DNA of 64,000 nucleotides from positions 8,190-72,189 of the forward strand of contig CAZDTP010000014.1 of the NCBI GenBank assembly GCA_964508365.1. Reading direction: 5' to 3'. Origin of the DNA: an uncultured archaeon. GTDB taxonomy: Archaea; Asgardarchaeota; Lokiarchaeia; Sigyniarchaeales; SOKP01. The position numbers were made by a program, and so were the translations under genes. Positions within the stretch are counted from its first letter, which is position 1. Each line of letters starts with the position of its first letter. The notes under the pieces are model-generated. The model was not told the DNA's origin, ran no database searches, and was given only the letters and a program-made list of their open reading frames with translations. Below are positions 9,901 to 17,735 of this stretch, piece after piece.

Positions 9901-12122
9901 TTGATAATCAAGCAAATAAGAACTATCGATATGTATGCTGAAAAAATTGGTTCAAATTGAAGTTGTTGGTTAAAGATGGCGAACATTATGAAGAAAGCTT
10001 CTAGCATTATTAAATAGCTGATAAACTTTTCAATTACCATAACTTTTTCCCGAGATATAATTTCTATCTTAACTCCCAATTTCAAAATGTAATAACACGC
10101 AATAGTTATATAGAGAATATTAAGCACGATTAACGAATTTAAAATTGTAAAAAATAAAGTAGTAATTAGATAGAAATTAAATATAAAGACTGACAGAAAT
10201 ATGATGCTGGAGCAAAAGAAATGATATATTAGGAAGGATTTTCGATTCATAACATTTTTTTTGTGAAGATAATAAATGGGAATGTAAGAGAGCAAGCTAA
10301 CTAAAATAAGAGGTACAAAAAATACTAAGAACGAGTCCTTAGTGTAAATTGTACTATAATAACCTACCATAAACAAACCTAGATATAACGTAAATGAGTT
10401 TAATATCAACGCTAGAGCCTGAGGAAAGATTTTGTATTTCTGTGAATCAAGATATATAATTAGACTTATTATCACCAATGAAAAAAATGAAGAAATAAGT
10501 AAGTCTAAATTCAAATAAATCATGAAAAATGATAGAAGCAAAACAAAAACTTCAATAGCAATGGGATAAGATATGATATTCAAAAGAGACCTAGATTTTG
10601 ATTCTTTGAGCATTCTTATTTTCTTTCCATAGTAAATTAGAATCACTAGACAAATGGATATAAACAATAGATTAAATATGGTACCAATAATTAGATGTGC
10701 GCTAAAGTAGATTACAATTATAAACCAGTTCAAAACGAAAAACAAAACCATGAGCACCCATGAGGAAACATAAGTGTAAATTGCGATGATTTTAGGTTTT
10801 AATACCTTTTCGCCATACAGATAATAAATCGGAGCAAAACCCAAGAAAAAAAATATAATAGGGGCAATTAAATATACATAAAACTCATTTATATTTGCGT
10901 CTAAAAAGTAAAATCCAACGATACCAGTATTAAATATCAGGATAAATAATGTCAATGTTATTTTTACTTTTCTAGGAATAATTACCACATTCGAAGGAAC
11001 TAGATTAAAAACGATACCAATAATGCAACAAGAAAGGAACAAGGCAAGCAAGGCGTCCAAAAGGAATACAAGACTAAAAATCCCATAAAATAATAAGAAA
11101 ATTTCAATTAATAGAGCAAAACTGTCAACGCTAATTATTAAATTGAAGGTGGAATCTTTAACTTTTTTTAGAATCTGTCCAAATCTAAGGTTAATTAAAA
11201 TAAAAACTGAAAGAAATACTAGATCTAGAAGCATAACTACAAAATTATTCCAAAAAATTATGAACATTATAAAAAAAATCGAGGACAGCAAAAACCAGCA
11301 GGCATAATAGCTATAATTTAAAGTGATTTCTCGAGAGAATATTCGAATGACATAGTTGAAAAGCACGAATAAAATGAAAACTATTGGAAGTAAAATTGAA
11401 GATAACATTAATTCTCCTTGAAATACCTCAAGAATTCCCAATGCTACATTTTTAATAGTAACTAAAACAAACCAAGTAGTTTCTAATAGTAAAAAGAGGG
11501 CAGTAATACAATAATTAAAAAGTTTCCAAGGTTTTTCGTATAATCGAATACGAACATAAGAAAAATAAAACGACAATAATGTTATTGCTAAGATAATAAT
11601 AGTGTGAATTAATATACTGGAGATTAAAAGTACATTTGGATCTACTGTGAACTGTAAATATACAAATTCGATTATTGGTAAGAATGAGTATAAAATTATT
11701 GTAAAACTAGCAACAACGAGCAGATTTTGAATAATTAATACCGTTTTTTCTTGAAAATATTTAAGCCTCTCAAAAAATTGAAATATTACATATAATGACA
11801 GTGTGAGTATAAGAAATTGAATATTTAAAAGCCCTATTCCCCAAAAAAATGGTAAGATCCAAAAGATAACAACGATTAACATCCCTAAGCTACTAAAAAG
11901 ATATATATACCTGCCGTAAAGAATGGTAGTAAAGTTCGCTTTTTCTTCGTAATAGGTGAGAATAAAAATTATCGGTAATGTAATAGTACTGATTAAAGGA
12001 TTATTATTCAATACTGAAATTGAGAGGACTAGAAGAATTAAACTGACTGAGACAATAAAATTTAACTTTATAAAAGTGTTAATCTCACCAGTATCAACCT
12101 CTTCAGCATTGTTAGAACTCAT
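3987..12122 (-). CDS. Giant polytopic membrane protein (2711 aa) with internal repeats
   Basis: Uninterrupted 8.1-kb ORF, hydrophobic helices throughout with short Lys-rich loops; start overlaps the upstream gene's stop. Confidence 0.85.
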   Translation of the reverse strand: MSSNNAEEVDTGEINTFIKLNFIVSVSLILLVLSISVLNNNPLISTITLPIIFILTYYEEKANFTTILYGRYIYLFSSLGMLIVVIFWILPFFWGIGLLNIQFLILTLSLYVIFQFFERLKYFQEKTVLIIQNLLVVASFTIILYSFLPIIEFVYLQFTVDPNVLLISSILIHTIIILAITLLSFYFSYVRIRLYEKPWKLFNYCITALFLLLETTWFVLVTIKNVALGILEVFQGELMLSSILLPIVFILFVLFNYVIRIFSREITLNYSYYACWFLLSSIFFIMFIIFWNNFVVMLLDLVFLSVFILINLRFGQILKKVKDSTFNLIISVDSFALLIEIFLLFYGIFSLVFLLDALLALFLSCCIIGIVFNLVPSNVVIIPRKVKITLTLFILIFNTGIVGFYFLDANINEFYVYLIAPIIFFFLGFAPIYYLYGEKVLKPKIIAIYTYVSSWVLMVLFFVLNWFIIVIYFSAHLIIGTIFNLLFISICLVILIYYGKKIRMLKESKSRSLLNIISYPIAIEVFVLLLSFFMIYLNLDLLISSFFSLVIISLIIYLDSQKYKIFPQALALILNSFTLYLGLFMVGYYSTIYTKDSFLVFFVPLILVSLLSYIPIYYLHKKNVMNRKSFLIYHFFCSSIIFLSVFIFNFYLITTLFFTILNSLIVLNILYITIACYYILKLGVKIEIISREKVMVIEKFISYLIMLEAFFIMFAIFNQQLQFEPIFSAYISIVLICLIINFLSKKRILFSEKISNGFNIVTMCFTSILISFYLFLFLSTSVYAYNIPLLILGISLLLPLFYSLNKNVFIKFMERMLIIDSLVISGLVISLPYIIGLDFNRLGVAVDYYIINSAAIALFFGFLVFLEFLFDKYKLKESYFVSIKTCQVITWVILSFIISAKFFAVLNSITHNVGIDISCSSLVFLVLNLIILIPIENLKQRIFENEQSKFDYYRIYKIYEYTKNIFYFFIEFMVASLTIFLFPFHNIYSLFQLQESILLTLTTYVGIFLLTYLIVSTVSRKLFKIEFSRIRWAFDLSAWVIIKILLCFYILIIPAQLSLIQRIGLPLVIVLFISPITIYYLRNNFFISDDSQTLYKRLIYYIFYFVLIIIFSELYWNYSQIFPFYSIYQPLRLIVLFCGIYLLFNYYLVKYNDTIENVSEFKLIKILLGPSLLMLSFFSIFPSVFEYFAYVFFIIMIYFFISNRNRNFVFRIISYFSLSWLILVRLIITLNYYMLLPSFDIFDFPFYLFYFNFSLMIVLFFSIVLNIRNVNVIEKFALYILISIITFSLLLYNTVIPLIYNISFSLFLFLILTGNFYYKQKNDLYKWFIRPCVLLMVFNLISFLSYYILFNNPIFIDFNPILTFTLTLSVTSISYVGTYNKAPENFRRRSFYIAFSSYIISIPTLMYFFLNASFNLPVWDPFLLIITINIGILLFYLSIGFYYWKFSWVIWKTGWRLWIIVPFVNFYIINESFTDININTNALNLFGINISGSFIISFTICVLLSLPFWYSWIKRHFSSILIIVWSFSLFFLYWFSQNVFSENIVITNIVFFVFAVSLLMPVIYRMKMWKIITLLWLFYIFINISFLFMLFQVILLPLEINLSINLIVLGFFFVILSFFPNLKNLKNIILIGSYFLSLIGIFLTLFLIINSIILNFFISINLSFIILAFSLFSSRILKLNRTFFNIIISSILVVNFSFFTYNTFILIPNIEIIALSLAITVFGGSILVFNRFRMIMPLKKIFPLSILSIGTSLTLSSLVYVFLPGSIFLLSAIFIFVNLLFLRSVLYEYSFILWYITPLALTLLTLQFILFIELFQSLYYIVLLSLLIYSAYFSISRLIFMKKIEEQESEKDYGMTKFDSIMSLLSHFELGLLSFGLIQELITISLYGAILLSVAIFFLSTLLDIHVLKRILEKIAYLFNIVAFLVISVGGLIYFIQITGTDATLFVLTLVIFLVLQFYTLHYLSYYIEEVTKYDASKIKEIKNQSQSILLNTIFLVISIYLSLFLNDLLIAYNPLLLGIPSLSFVLAVFSFLMFLLNGFLNRTIEDKYKKIILFSTFIAFQIFFGIFWLALFTTFAILDFLRMALVILSETLLTNYTVHLSKDIIKNEEWVTKTRKLFSILVFTIYLEISVLFLGLFVLFTGLIQSLLYSQIILFIISILEIYGIKRLKAGYMDVVHCLSFLNISWTLSLILLYLYGFSISSLFYIFLIFLLMHFYTNISYFNIRRKINPEKLEIFGKWKTNRQNFLGIGLYAFLIINIFNSLTAFGIVFHIAILILSILTHLISLLDKFILKFLKKTSNFFIITSWIVMIGFSILFYIDWNSLFFPHLFPITIIFFIIQIAYLFRLISEWDYISSNISKIKKCLILIVYFDLITWPLYYINPDYFISFNLSILSFIILLILTFIDNYIKVVSDKARNFLRISSFICIETLLSLDLFITLEFFINPNLILNLSIALFIFMIINLVLFKPFKQSKLFSFLYSGLMFLLLSLITFNLSSSGWSFSWLLIGMMLYLFIFMFEELKKFLNNIIDNLRFVLIKVKNILLNFYYSTLNFLKKHFRLIGTILCLFIGIIVGMLFSNIVLGLLRWDHASLLGIATSGILISLLPTGKTDDLDQAFKQRMQRFITLWISFTIFVFALILPYLTSIIFGIILILSSIIILGAILAIYIYRIEKKQKISIKWRFYTTIILIVLTVIWAILLVVLYLAEIVI
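9726..11105 (-). repeat. Three protein-level repeats with 552-nt (184-aa) period inside the giant membrane protein
   Basis: In-membrane Glu codons (LIEIF, AIEVF, MLEAF) at 11103/10551/9999; Pro of PIYY/PIYY/PLFY at 10830/10278/9726; every interval is 552 nt. Confidence 0.75.
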
Positions 12123-13050
12123 TGATTTTAATCCTCCTTAAGAATTTGCTGTAGAATGAACTTATATATAATCTGATTTTAAAGTAAAATGCTAAGAAAA
12201 CGAGGGATAATAACGAGATGTTTATAATTTCTATGAAGTCGTGATGAATACCAACTAATATATAGACGATTACTATAACGAAAGGCATTTGAATTAACAG
12301 TACAAATACTAGGCCTAATAAAGAATTTACAAATTTTTTCTTAAAAATTATTAAGTCTTCTAAGAACGGTTTCTTACTGTCAATCGAAATAGCAATATTT
12401 TTACAGATTTTTACACAGGAGAGTCGAGAAATAACATAAAATATGATGTTCCAAATGAGAGGAAATAACCAAGAGACTTTTGTATTAAAAGTATAAGAGA
12501 GGAATACTATATGAACAATGTAGTTAACAGCTAACATGATATTATAAGGTTGCCTAATAATTTGAGAAGAAGAAATTGCATGATTGAATTTCTCTTCCGT
12601 AGGATCAAAAAAATCAATGGGCTGAAAATAATAATAATAATATACAATATTATACAAGATGCTAAAAGAAATTATAGGTAAAAGCTCAAAGTAGTTATCT
12701 CCTGGAGTAAATAAAACAAAAATTGGGGTAACGATTAAAGCTAAGATCGTTATTAAAAAGACGATATTAATTCTTGCGGAAAGATTATTTAATTTGTTGG
12801 AAAAAAAGGGATTTTTCCTGTATTTGTCAAATGCCTTATAAAAGAATAATAAAACAAACATAAAAGTTATAACAGACAACCCAACTGAAACAATAGGGTC
12901 TTTACCTATAAAAAAATAAATGAAAAATCCAACAACTGCTACTAATGACGGAACAATTATTAAATAAAAACTGAACCACCAAAATTTCCAAAGTAATTCG
13001 GTTGCCTTTGTGATCTTCTCATCAGAAGAGCTGATTTTATTAGATTTCAT
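12112..13050 (-). CDS. Hypothetical integral membrane protein (about 8 TM segments)
   Basis: 312-aa hydrophobic ORF overlapping the giant protein start by 11 nt. Confidence 0.75.
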   Translation of the reverse strand: MKSNKISSSDEKITKATELLWKFWWFSFYLIIVPSLVAVVGFFIYFFIGKDPIVSVGLSVITFMFVLLFFYKAFDKYRKNPFFSNKLNNLSARINIVFLITILALIVTPIFVLFTPGDNYFELLPIISFSILYNIVYYYYYFQPIDFFDPTEEKFNHAISSSQIIRQPYNIMLAVNYIVHIVFLSYTFNTKVSWLFPLIWNIIFYVISRLSCVKICKNIAISIDSKKPFLEDLIIFKKKFVNSLLGLVFVLLIQMPFVIVIVYILVGIHHDFIEIINISLLSLVFLAFYFKIRLYISSFYSKFLRRIKINEF

Positions 13051-13200
13051 TTTAATAAAATAGTAACTGAATCTATTCTGAGTTATATAGATATATTCAT
13101 TAAAAAATGTTTATACGAAGAAAGGTGTGAATTGAATCAAATATGGTAAAATTATAACTTGATTGATAAATTACGGTAAAATATTTTAAAAAAATAAAAT

Positions 13201-14523
13201 TTATTGAAATTTAGGTAAAAACTCACTTTGCAATTCTTTCATCTCGCTAAAAATTCTTTCAGCTATCTCAAAACTCCCTACATTAGGATCTATGGCTAAT
13301 GCATTAATTGCTACTTCTTTAGATTTAGTAAGGATCGCTTCAACGCACAGATCTTGGATACTCGCCTCAATTCGAAGTAGGGCTGCTATATTTTTCGGTA
13401 AATTTCCCCATTTAATTCCGCGTATACCAGCTTTACTAACTGTTACTGGACACTCAATAATCAAATCTTGTGGTAAATTATCTATGATTCCATTGTTTGG
13501 AATGTTGACAGCGCTCTCATAGGACGGTTGGTTAGTAACCATCGCTTCAATAATAGGAACTGCTCGTTCTCCTGATATTCCCTTTGAGAGCATACCTTTT
13601 TTAAGATACTTTCCCTCTTTAAGTCGCTTATAATTTCTCATAACCTTTCTATAGATATGTTCACCATGCTTTTCAGTTCTATTAATCCAATCTACCATAT
13701 CTTGTGTTTCAGTAAATTCCTCACCAAACTGTAAATATTCACCTAGATGATTATCCCCTACATACGGAAAATAACCAAATCTCTTGAAAACTTCAAATGT
13801 TAACGAAGAAAATTCGAACCTATCTTCATGTTGTTTAAAATACTCTGGAGCTATCTTGTTAAATTTCGGCATTAAATCCATTCCAGTAGAGATTTCCTCA
13901 AGCCCCATTAAAAATCCAAAATGATTTAATCCATAAGGTTTTAGTTTTAAATTCTCTAAATTTTTATTGAGCATTTGAGGTATATGGTAATTGAGAAACC
14001 CAATTTGATGGCATAACCCAATAAATTTAAGATTTGTTGTTGTTCTTTTGATAGCTAAGCATACTCTTGCCATTGGATTAGAAAAATTTATAAAAAAAGC
14101 GTTTGGACATAAATTATCGACATCTTTTACAATATCGATAATTGGAGGTATTATTCTAAAAGCATGCATAGTTCCCCCTGGACCACCACATTCGCCTAAT
14201 ATTTGTTTTGAGTTGTATTTTCGTGGAATTTCGTAATCTTCTCTCCACAATTTAAAGCGCTCTCCTACTTCAATGGAACTTATTATGAAATCTGCACCTC
14301 TTAATGCATCTCTACGGTTTGTAGTGTGTTCAATAATAAATTTGTCGTTATGGATTTTGTTTTCGGTTATAACTAATTCATAAATTATATTTAAATGTTC
14401 TTTATCGATGTCGTGTAATACTATCGTCGATCCATGCAAAAATTCACTTTGAAAGAGATCTAATAAAGTAGAAGGTCCAAAGGAGGTACTACCTGCCCCT
14501 ATTAAAACTATTTTACTTTTCAT
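13201..14523 (-). CDS. Glycoside hydrolase family 4 (NAD+/Mn-dependent, alpha-galactosidase/glucosidase-like)
   Basis: KIVLIGAGS Rossmann motif, GECGGPGG, INFSNPM, GLCH. Confidence 0.9.
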   Translation of the reverse strand: MKSKIVLIGAGSTSFGPSTLLDLFQSEFLHGSTIVLHDIDKEHLNIIYELVITENKIHNDKFIIEHTTNRRDALRGADFIISSIEVGERFKLWREDYEIPRKYNSKQILGECGGPGGTMHAFRIIPPIIDIVKDVDNLCPNAFFINFSNPMARVCLAIKRTTTNLKFIGLCHQIGFLNYHIPQMLNKNLENLKLKPYGLNHFGFLMGLEEISTGMDLMPKFNKIAPEYFKQHEDRFEFSSLTFEVFKRFGYFPYVGDNHLGEYLQFGEEFTETQDMVDWINRTEKHGEHIYRKVMRNYKRLKEGKYLKKGMLSKGISGERAVPIIEAMVTNQPSYESAVNIPNNGIIDNLPQDLIIECPVTVSKAGIRGIKWGNLPKNIAALLRIEASIQDLCVEAILTKSKEVAINALAIDPNVGSFEIAERIFSEMKELQSEFLPKFQ

Positions 14524-14728
14524 TGTTCTCTAGTATTATTTAAGTAAATTGTATCTATTAGTGATACAATGTCTTTTGTAAAGTATAATGAGTTTAAAGA
14601 GTTATTAATTAAAAATTTGTAAAACTATTATGAAAGATTTTTCAATTAACAAAACAAATGGGAATTTACACCCATAATATTTATTAGTGTACACTTATTT
14701 CCTTTTTATAATAATGAATTTTTCACGG

Positions 14729-14846
14729 CATAATACTGATTCATGGGTTGGCTGTAAGAGCGCCATTATTCCCTTAGTAACAGTATTATGAAGAGAATAA
14801 ATCCTTTTTTCTCTCTTTTTCTTTTTAATTTTTGGATTTATTCTCT
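14729..14846 (+). promoter_or_regulatory. Structured RNA-like element, copy 1 (two adjacent stem-loops)
   Basis: CATAATACTG 14729-38 pairs with CAGTATTATG 14781-90; AGAGAATAAATCC 14792-804 pairs with GGATTTATTCTCT 14834-46 around a 29-nt pyrimidine loop. Strand assigned from the downstream ORF. Confidence 0.55.
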
Positions 14847-14922
14847 GAGTAAAATGACTTTCAATAATAAAAAAAAAAGAGGGATAAGGGCTTAATTCTT
14901 ACCGTAAATTCTAAATAAAAGA

Positions 14923-15117
14923 ATGGAGGTGAAAAAAGAATTGGCAGATAAAATTGATCCTGAATCAATATTGGAGTATTATAAAGATTGGAATTCTGAT
15001 CTAGCCCCTATAATGATGTGTTTTGATATCTCAGATGCCTATCCGGGTCAAATTGAAAGCGAGGATCAAAAAAAAATAGCTTATCTGAGACAAAAATACA
15101 AAAAACTGGCTAAATAA
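14923..15117 (+). CDS. Small hypothetical protein (64 aa; alternative TTG start at 14941)
   Basis: GGAGGTGA at 14925-32 could be the SD for TTG 14941; shares KELxDKI and PG(Q/E)IE with the ORF at 15557. Confidence 0.6.
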   Translation: MEVKKELADKIDPESILEYYKDWNSDLAPIMMCFDISDAYPGQIESEDQKKIAYLRQKYKKLAK

Positions 15118-15349
15118 TTTTTTTTTCAATTTATTCTTCTCTATTATTTATTAGCTCCTAAAGCTAAGATTTTGGAAATTTTACATTGATACAATTTCTA
15201 GGTTAATTAAATTGATATATATTCATTTTTAGATGAATTTAAAAATTACTTTCCTAAATTCATTTTATTCAAATGATTTTTTATAAAATGGGAATAATAA
15301 GTGAAACATTTAAATAGCATCCTCGTTATATTTATTCTAATGATCTTAA

Positions 15350-15476
15350 ATAATACTACTAAATACTCAATTGTAAGAGTTATAAGCCCTTTATTGGTTG
15401 TAGTATTAGTATTATAGATGAGAGCCGATCCTTTTCGATCTTCTTTTTAATCTTTTCTTGGATTTACTCTCTCATC
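15350..15476 (+). promoter_or_regulatory. Structured RNA-like element, copy 2
   Basis: ATAATACTA 15350-58 pairs with TAGTATTAT 15407-15; GATGAGAG 15417-24 with CTCTCATC 15469-76; ATCC/GGAT closes a 28-nt pyrimidine loop; TGTAAGAG, CCCTT and CTTTTTAAT shared with copy 1. Confidence 0.55.
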
Positions 15477-15556
15477 AAAGAATTTAAATATAATTAAATT
15501 GAGATCATAAAGGATTCCGGCACCTCAGGAGAAGTAAAAAAAAAGGAGGTGAAAAA

Positions 15557-15763
15557 ATGGAAAAAGAAGTTCTTGATAAAATTGAAAATCAGATTACCTT
15601 AGAAAATAATATGACTCCTTTAAAGGAAAAAAACAAACACACAAACGAAAGTACCTTCTGGAAATATCTAGATCATTCAAACTGGATTCCAGGAGAAATT
15701 GAAGTTGAGGAAGAAATCAATAAAGATTATGATTGGTGGAAAAGAAAATCTATTAAGAAATAG
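15557..15763 (+). CDS. Small hypothetical protein (68 aa)
   Basis: Strong SD GGAGGTGA just upstream of the ATG; PGEIE motif; basic C-terminus. Confidence 0.65.
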   Translation: MEKEVLDKIENQITLENNMTPLKEKNKHTNESTFWKYLDHSNWIPGEIEVEEEINKDYDWWKRKSIKK

Positions 15764-15780
15764 TCTAAAATTAAAGTGTC

Positions 15781-16956
15781 CTAATTGAGAGTTCTTTCTA
15801 TTCTTTCTAAGGCTTCTTTTAATTTTTCAATTGGTTGGGTTAAAGCGAATCTAACAAAACCTTCTCCATAAGTGCCAAAGCCCGTACCGGGAGTTAAGAT
15901 TACACCTTCGTTAATTAACTTTTTAATGAACTCCATGCTATTTGTTTCTCCTTTCGGTATGCGAGTCCAGACATAAAAAGTCGCTTTAGGCTTGTCCGTG
16001 TTCCAACCGATATCATTAAGACCCTTTACCAAAACATCGCGCCTTTCCTCATATATTTTTACATTATCTCTTACGATTTTAGGTTTTTCTTCTGATTTAT
16101 ATTCATTTAAACCTTTTATCACAGCTTTTTGGATAAAAACTGGGCATCCCGAATCAATGTGAGACTTAACCTTCCTTAATCCACTAATAATATCCTTATC
16201 CCCCACTGCCCATCCGCACCTAAATCCCGTCATGCAGAACATTTTTGACGAGCTATTAATTTCTATGTGATTCTGATCTATCTGCAAAAGCGTTGGAGCG
16301 ATATAATCCTCGTAAGTGAATTCTGAATACGGATTGTCATAAACAATGATGAAATTATAATCCTCTGCGTTATCTGCGGCTTCTTTTAGAAACTCCTTCG
16401 TTGCTATTGCGCCAGTTGGATTATTTGGGTAATTTAAATACATCAATTTAGCTTTTTTTAAGATTTTACTTTCAATAACTTCAAAATCGGGTAAAAAATC
16501 ATTTTCTCTTTTTAAAGGAATCGAATATATTTTTCCATCACATAATTTAGTGGCACCATTTTCATATACGGGATAACCGGGATTAGGACATAATACAATA
16601 TCTCCGGGATTAACAAACACTCTAGCGATATTAGCTACTCCCTCCTTTCCTCCTATTACGTTAGTTACTTCATCATTAGCATCAAATTTTAAATTAAATC
16701 TGACCTCATACCACTTCTGTACAGCCTCTCTAAAATCTTGTTCTCCCTTACTTGATGGGTAATTTTGATTTTCGGGGATTTTTACTTGATTAATTAGTTC
16801 ATTAATAATCATATCTGGAGTGGTTAAATCCGGGTCACCTATCCCTAAGGGGATGAAGTCTATTCCTTCCTTTTTCCTTTCATTGATTAGTTGCTCAATT
16901 TCTGCGAAAATATATCCTGGTAACTTATTAATCCTATTTGCATATTTTATTCTAAT
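15781..16956 (-). CDS. dapL: LL-diaminopimelate aminotransferase-like PLP enzyme (class I/II); start codon non-canonical or damaged
   Basis: YLNYPNNPTG, DNPYSE, SSSKMFCMTGFRCG, PGTGFG. The frame extends past ATG 16812 through YANRINKLPGYIFAEI..LGIGDPD to ATT 16956, which follows a TAA. Confidence 0.8.
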   Translation of the reverse strand: MRIKYANRINKLPGYIFAEIEQLINERKKEGIDFIPLGIGDPDLTTPDMIINELINQVKIPENQNYPSSKGEQDFREAVQKWYEVRFNLKFDANDEVTNVIGGKEGVANIARVFVNPGDIVLCPNPGYPVYENGATKLCDGKIYSIPLKRENDFLPDFEVIESKILKKAKLMYLNYPNNPTGAIATKEFLKEAADNAEDYNFIIVYDNPYSEFTYEDYIAPTLLQIDQNHIEINSSSKMFCMTGFRCGWAVGDKDIISGLRKVKSHIDSGCPVFIQKAVIKGLNEYKSEEKPKIVRDNVKIYEERRDVLVKGLNDIGWNTDKPKATFYVWTRIPKGETNSMEFIKKLINEGVILTPGTGFGTYGEGFVRFALTQPIEKLKEALERIERTLN

Positions 16957-17191
16957 TTACAACACCAAGCAAATTTTAGTAAATAAAAAATTGTATTAAC
17001 TCATTCACAAATAGATAAAAATCTTATGAAATGGATTAAGTAAAAATAAATTTCCTTTTTGCAAAAAACGCGAAATCTTTTTCATAGAATTCAGCTTATT
17101 TTATATTATATAACCAATTATTTAAAATCTAAATTTATTATTATTTACACTTAAAGAATAATTATTTGAAAATAGAGGTCGCATACACTAA

Positions 17192-17605
17192 ATGGGTCGT
17201 CACACGAGGTTTAGACAAGTTAAAGATCCTCCACAAAATTTCTATTTTCAATCTGAAAATGAAAACTCATCAGTCGGATTAAATATCGCAGAATTCGAAG
17301 CCTTAAGATTAAAACATTACATTTCCTTAACCCAAAAGAGTTCCGCTGATACCATGGGAGTGTCCCAACCTACTTTTTCGCGAATTTTAGAGAAAGCTCA
17401 CGAAAAAATTACGCAAGCCTTAATAGAAGGAAAAGACATCCGTGTTTATGGAGGGAAAGTTAATCTTAAGCAAGATTATAAGGGTTACGGATGTTTAGAT
17501 TGTGATGAAGAATGGGAAGATGAATTAGCTTCAAAAAATCGCAAAGTGAACTGCCCCAATTGTAACAGTAAAAAAGTCTATTTTTTAGTAAGAGAACCAC
17601 TATAA
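17192..17605 (+). CDS. DUF134 (UPF0251) HTH protein with C-terminal zinc ribbon
   Basis: EFEALRLKHY..LTQ..ADTMGVSQPTFSRIL..A; CLDC..CPNC. Confidence 0.85.
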   Translation: MGRHTRFRQVKDPPQNFYFQSENENSSVGLNIAEFEALRLKHYISLTQKSSADTMGVSQPTFSRILEKAHEKITQALIEGKDIRVYGGKVNLKQDYKGYGCLDCDEEWEDELASKNRKVNCPNCNSKKVYFLVREPL

Positions 17606-17735
17606 TAATATATGACTATGAAGCTGAAGCGTAAAAAAAAGCTTTACCTTCACTTAAACACAGAATTTTAATTAAATTAAACATTTATCAACCTATTTAA
17701 TTTTAAAAGAATTCATTTTCGGAAGATGATAATTA

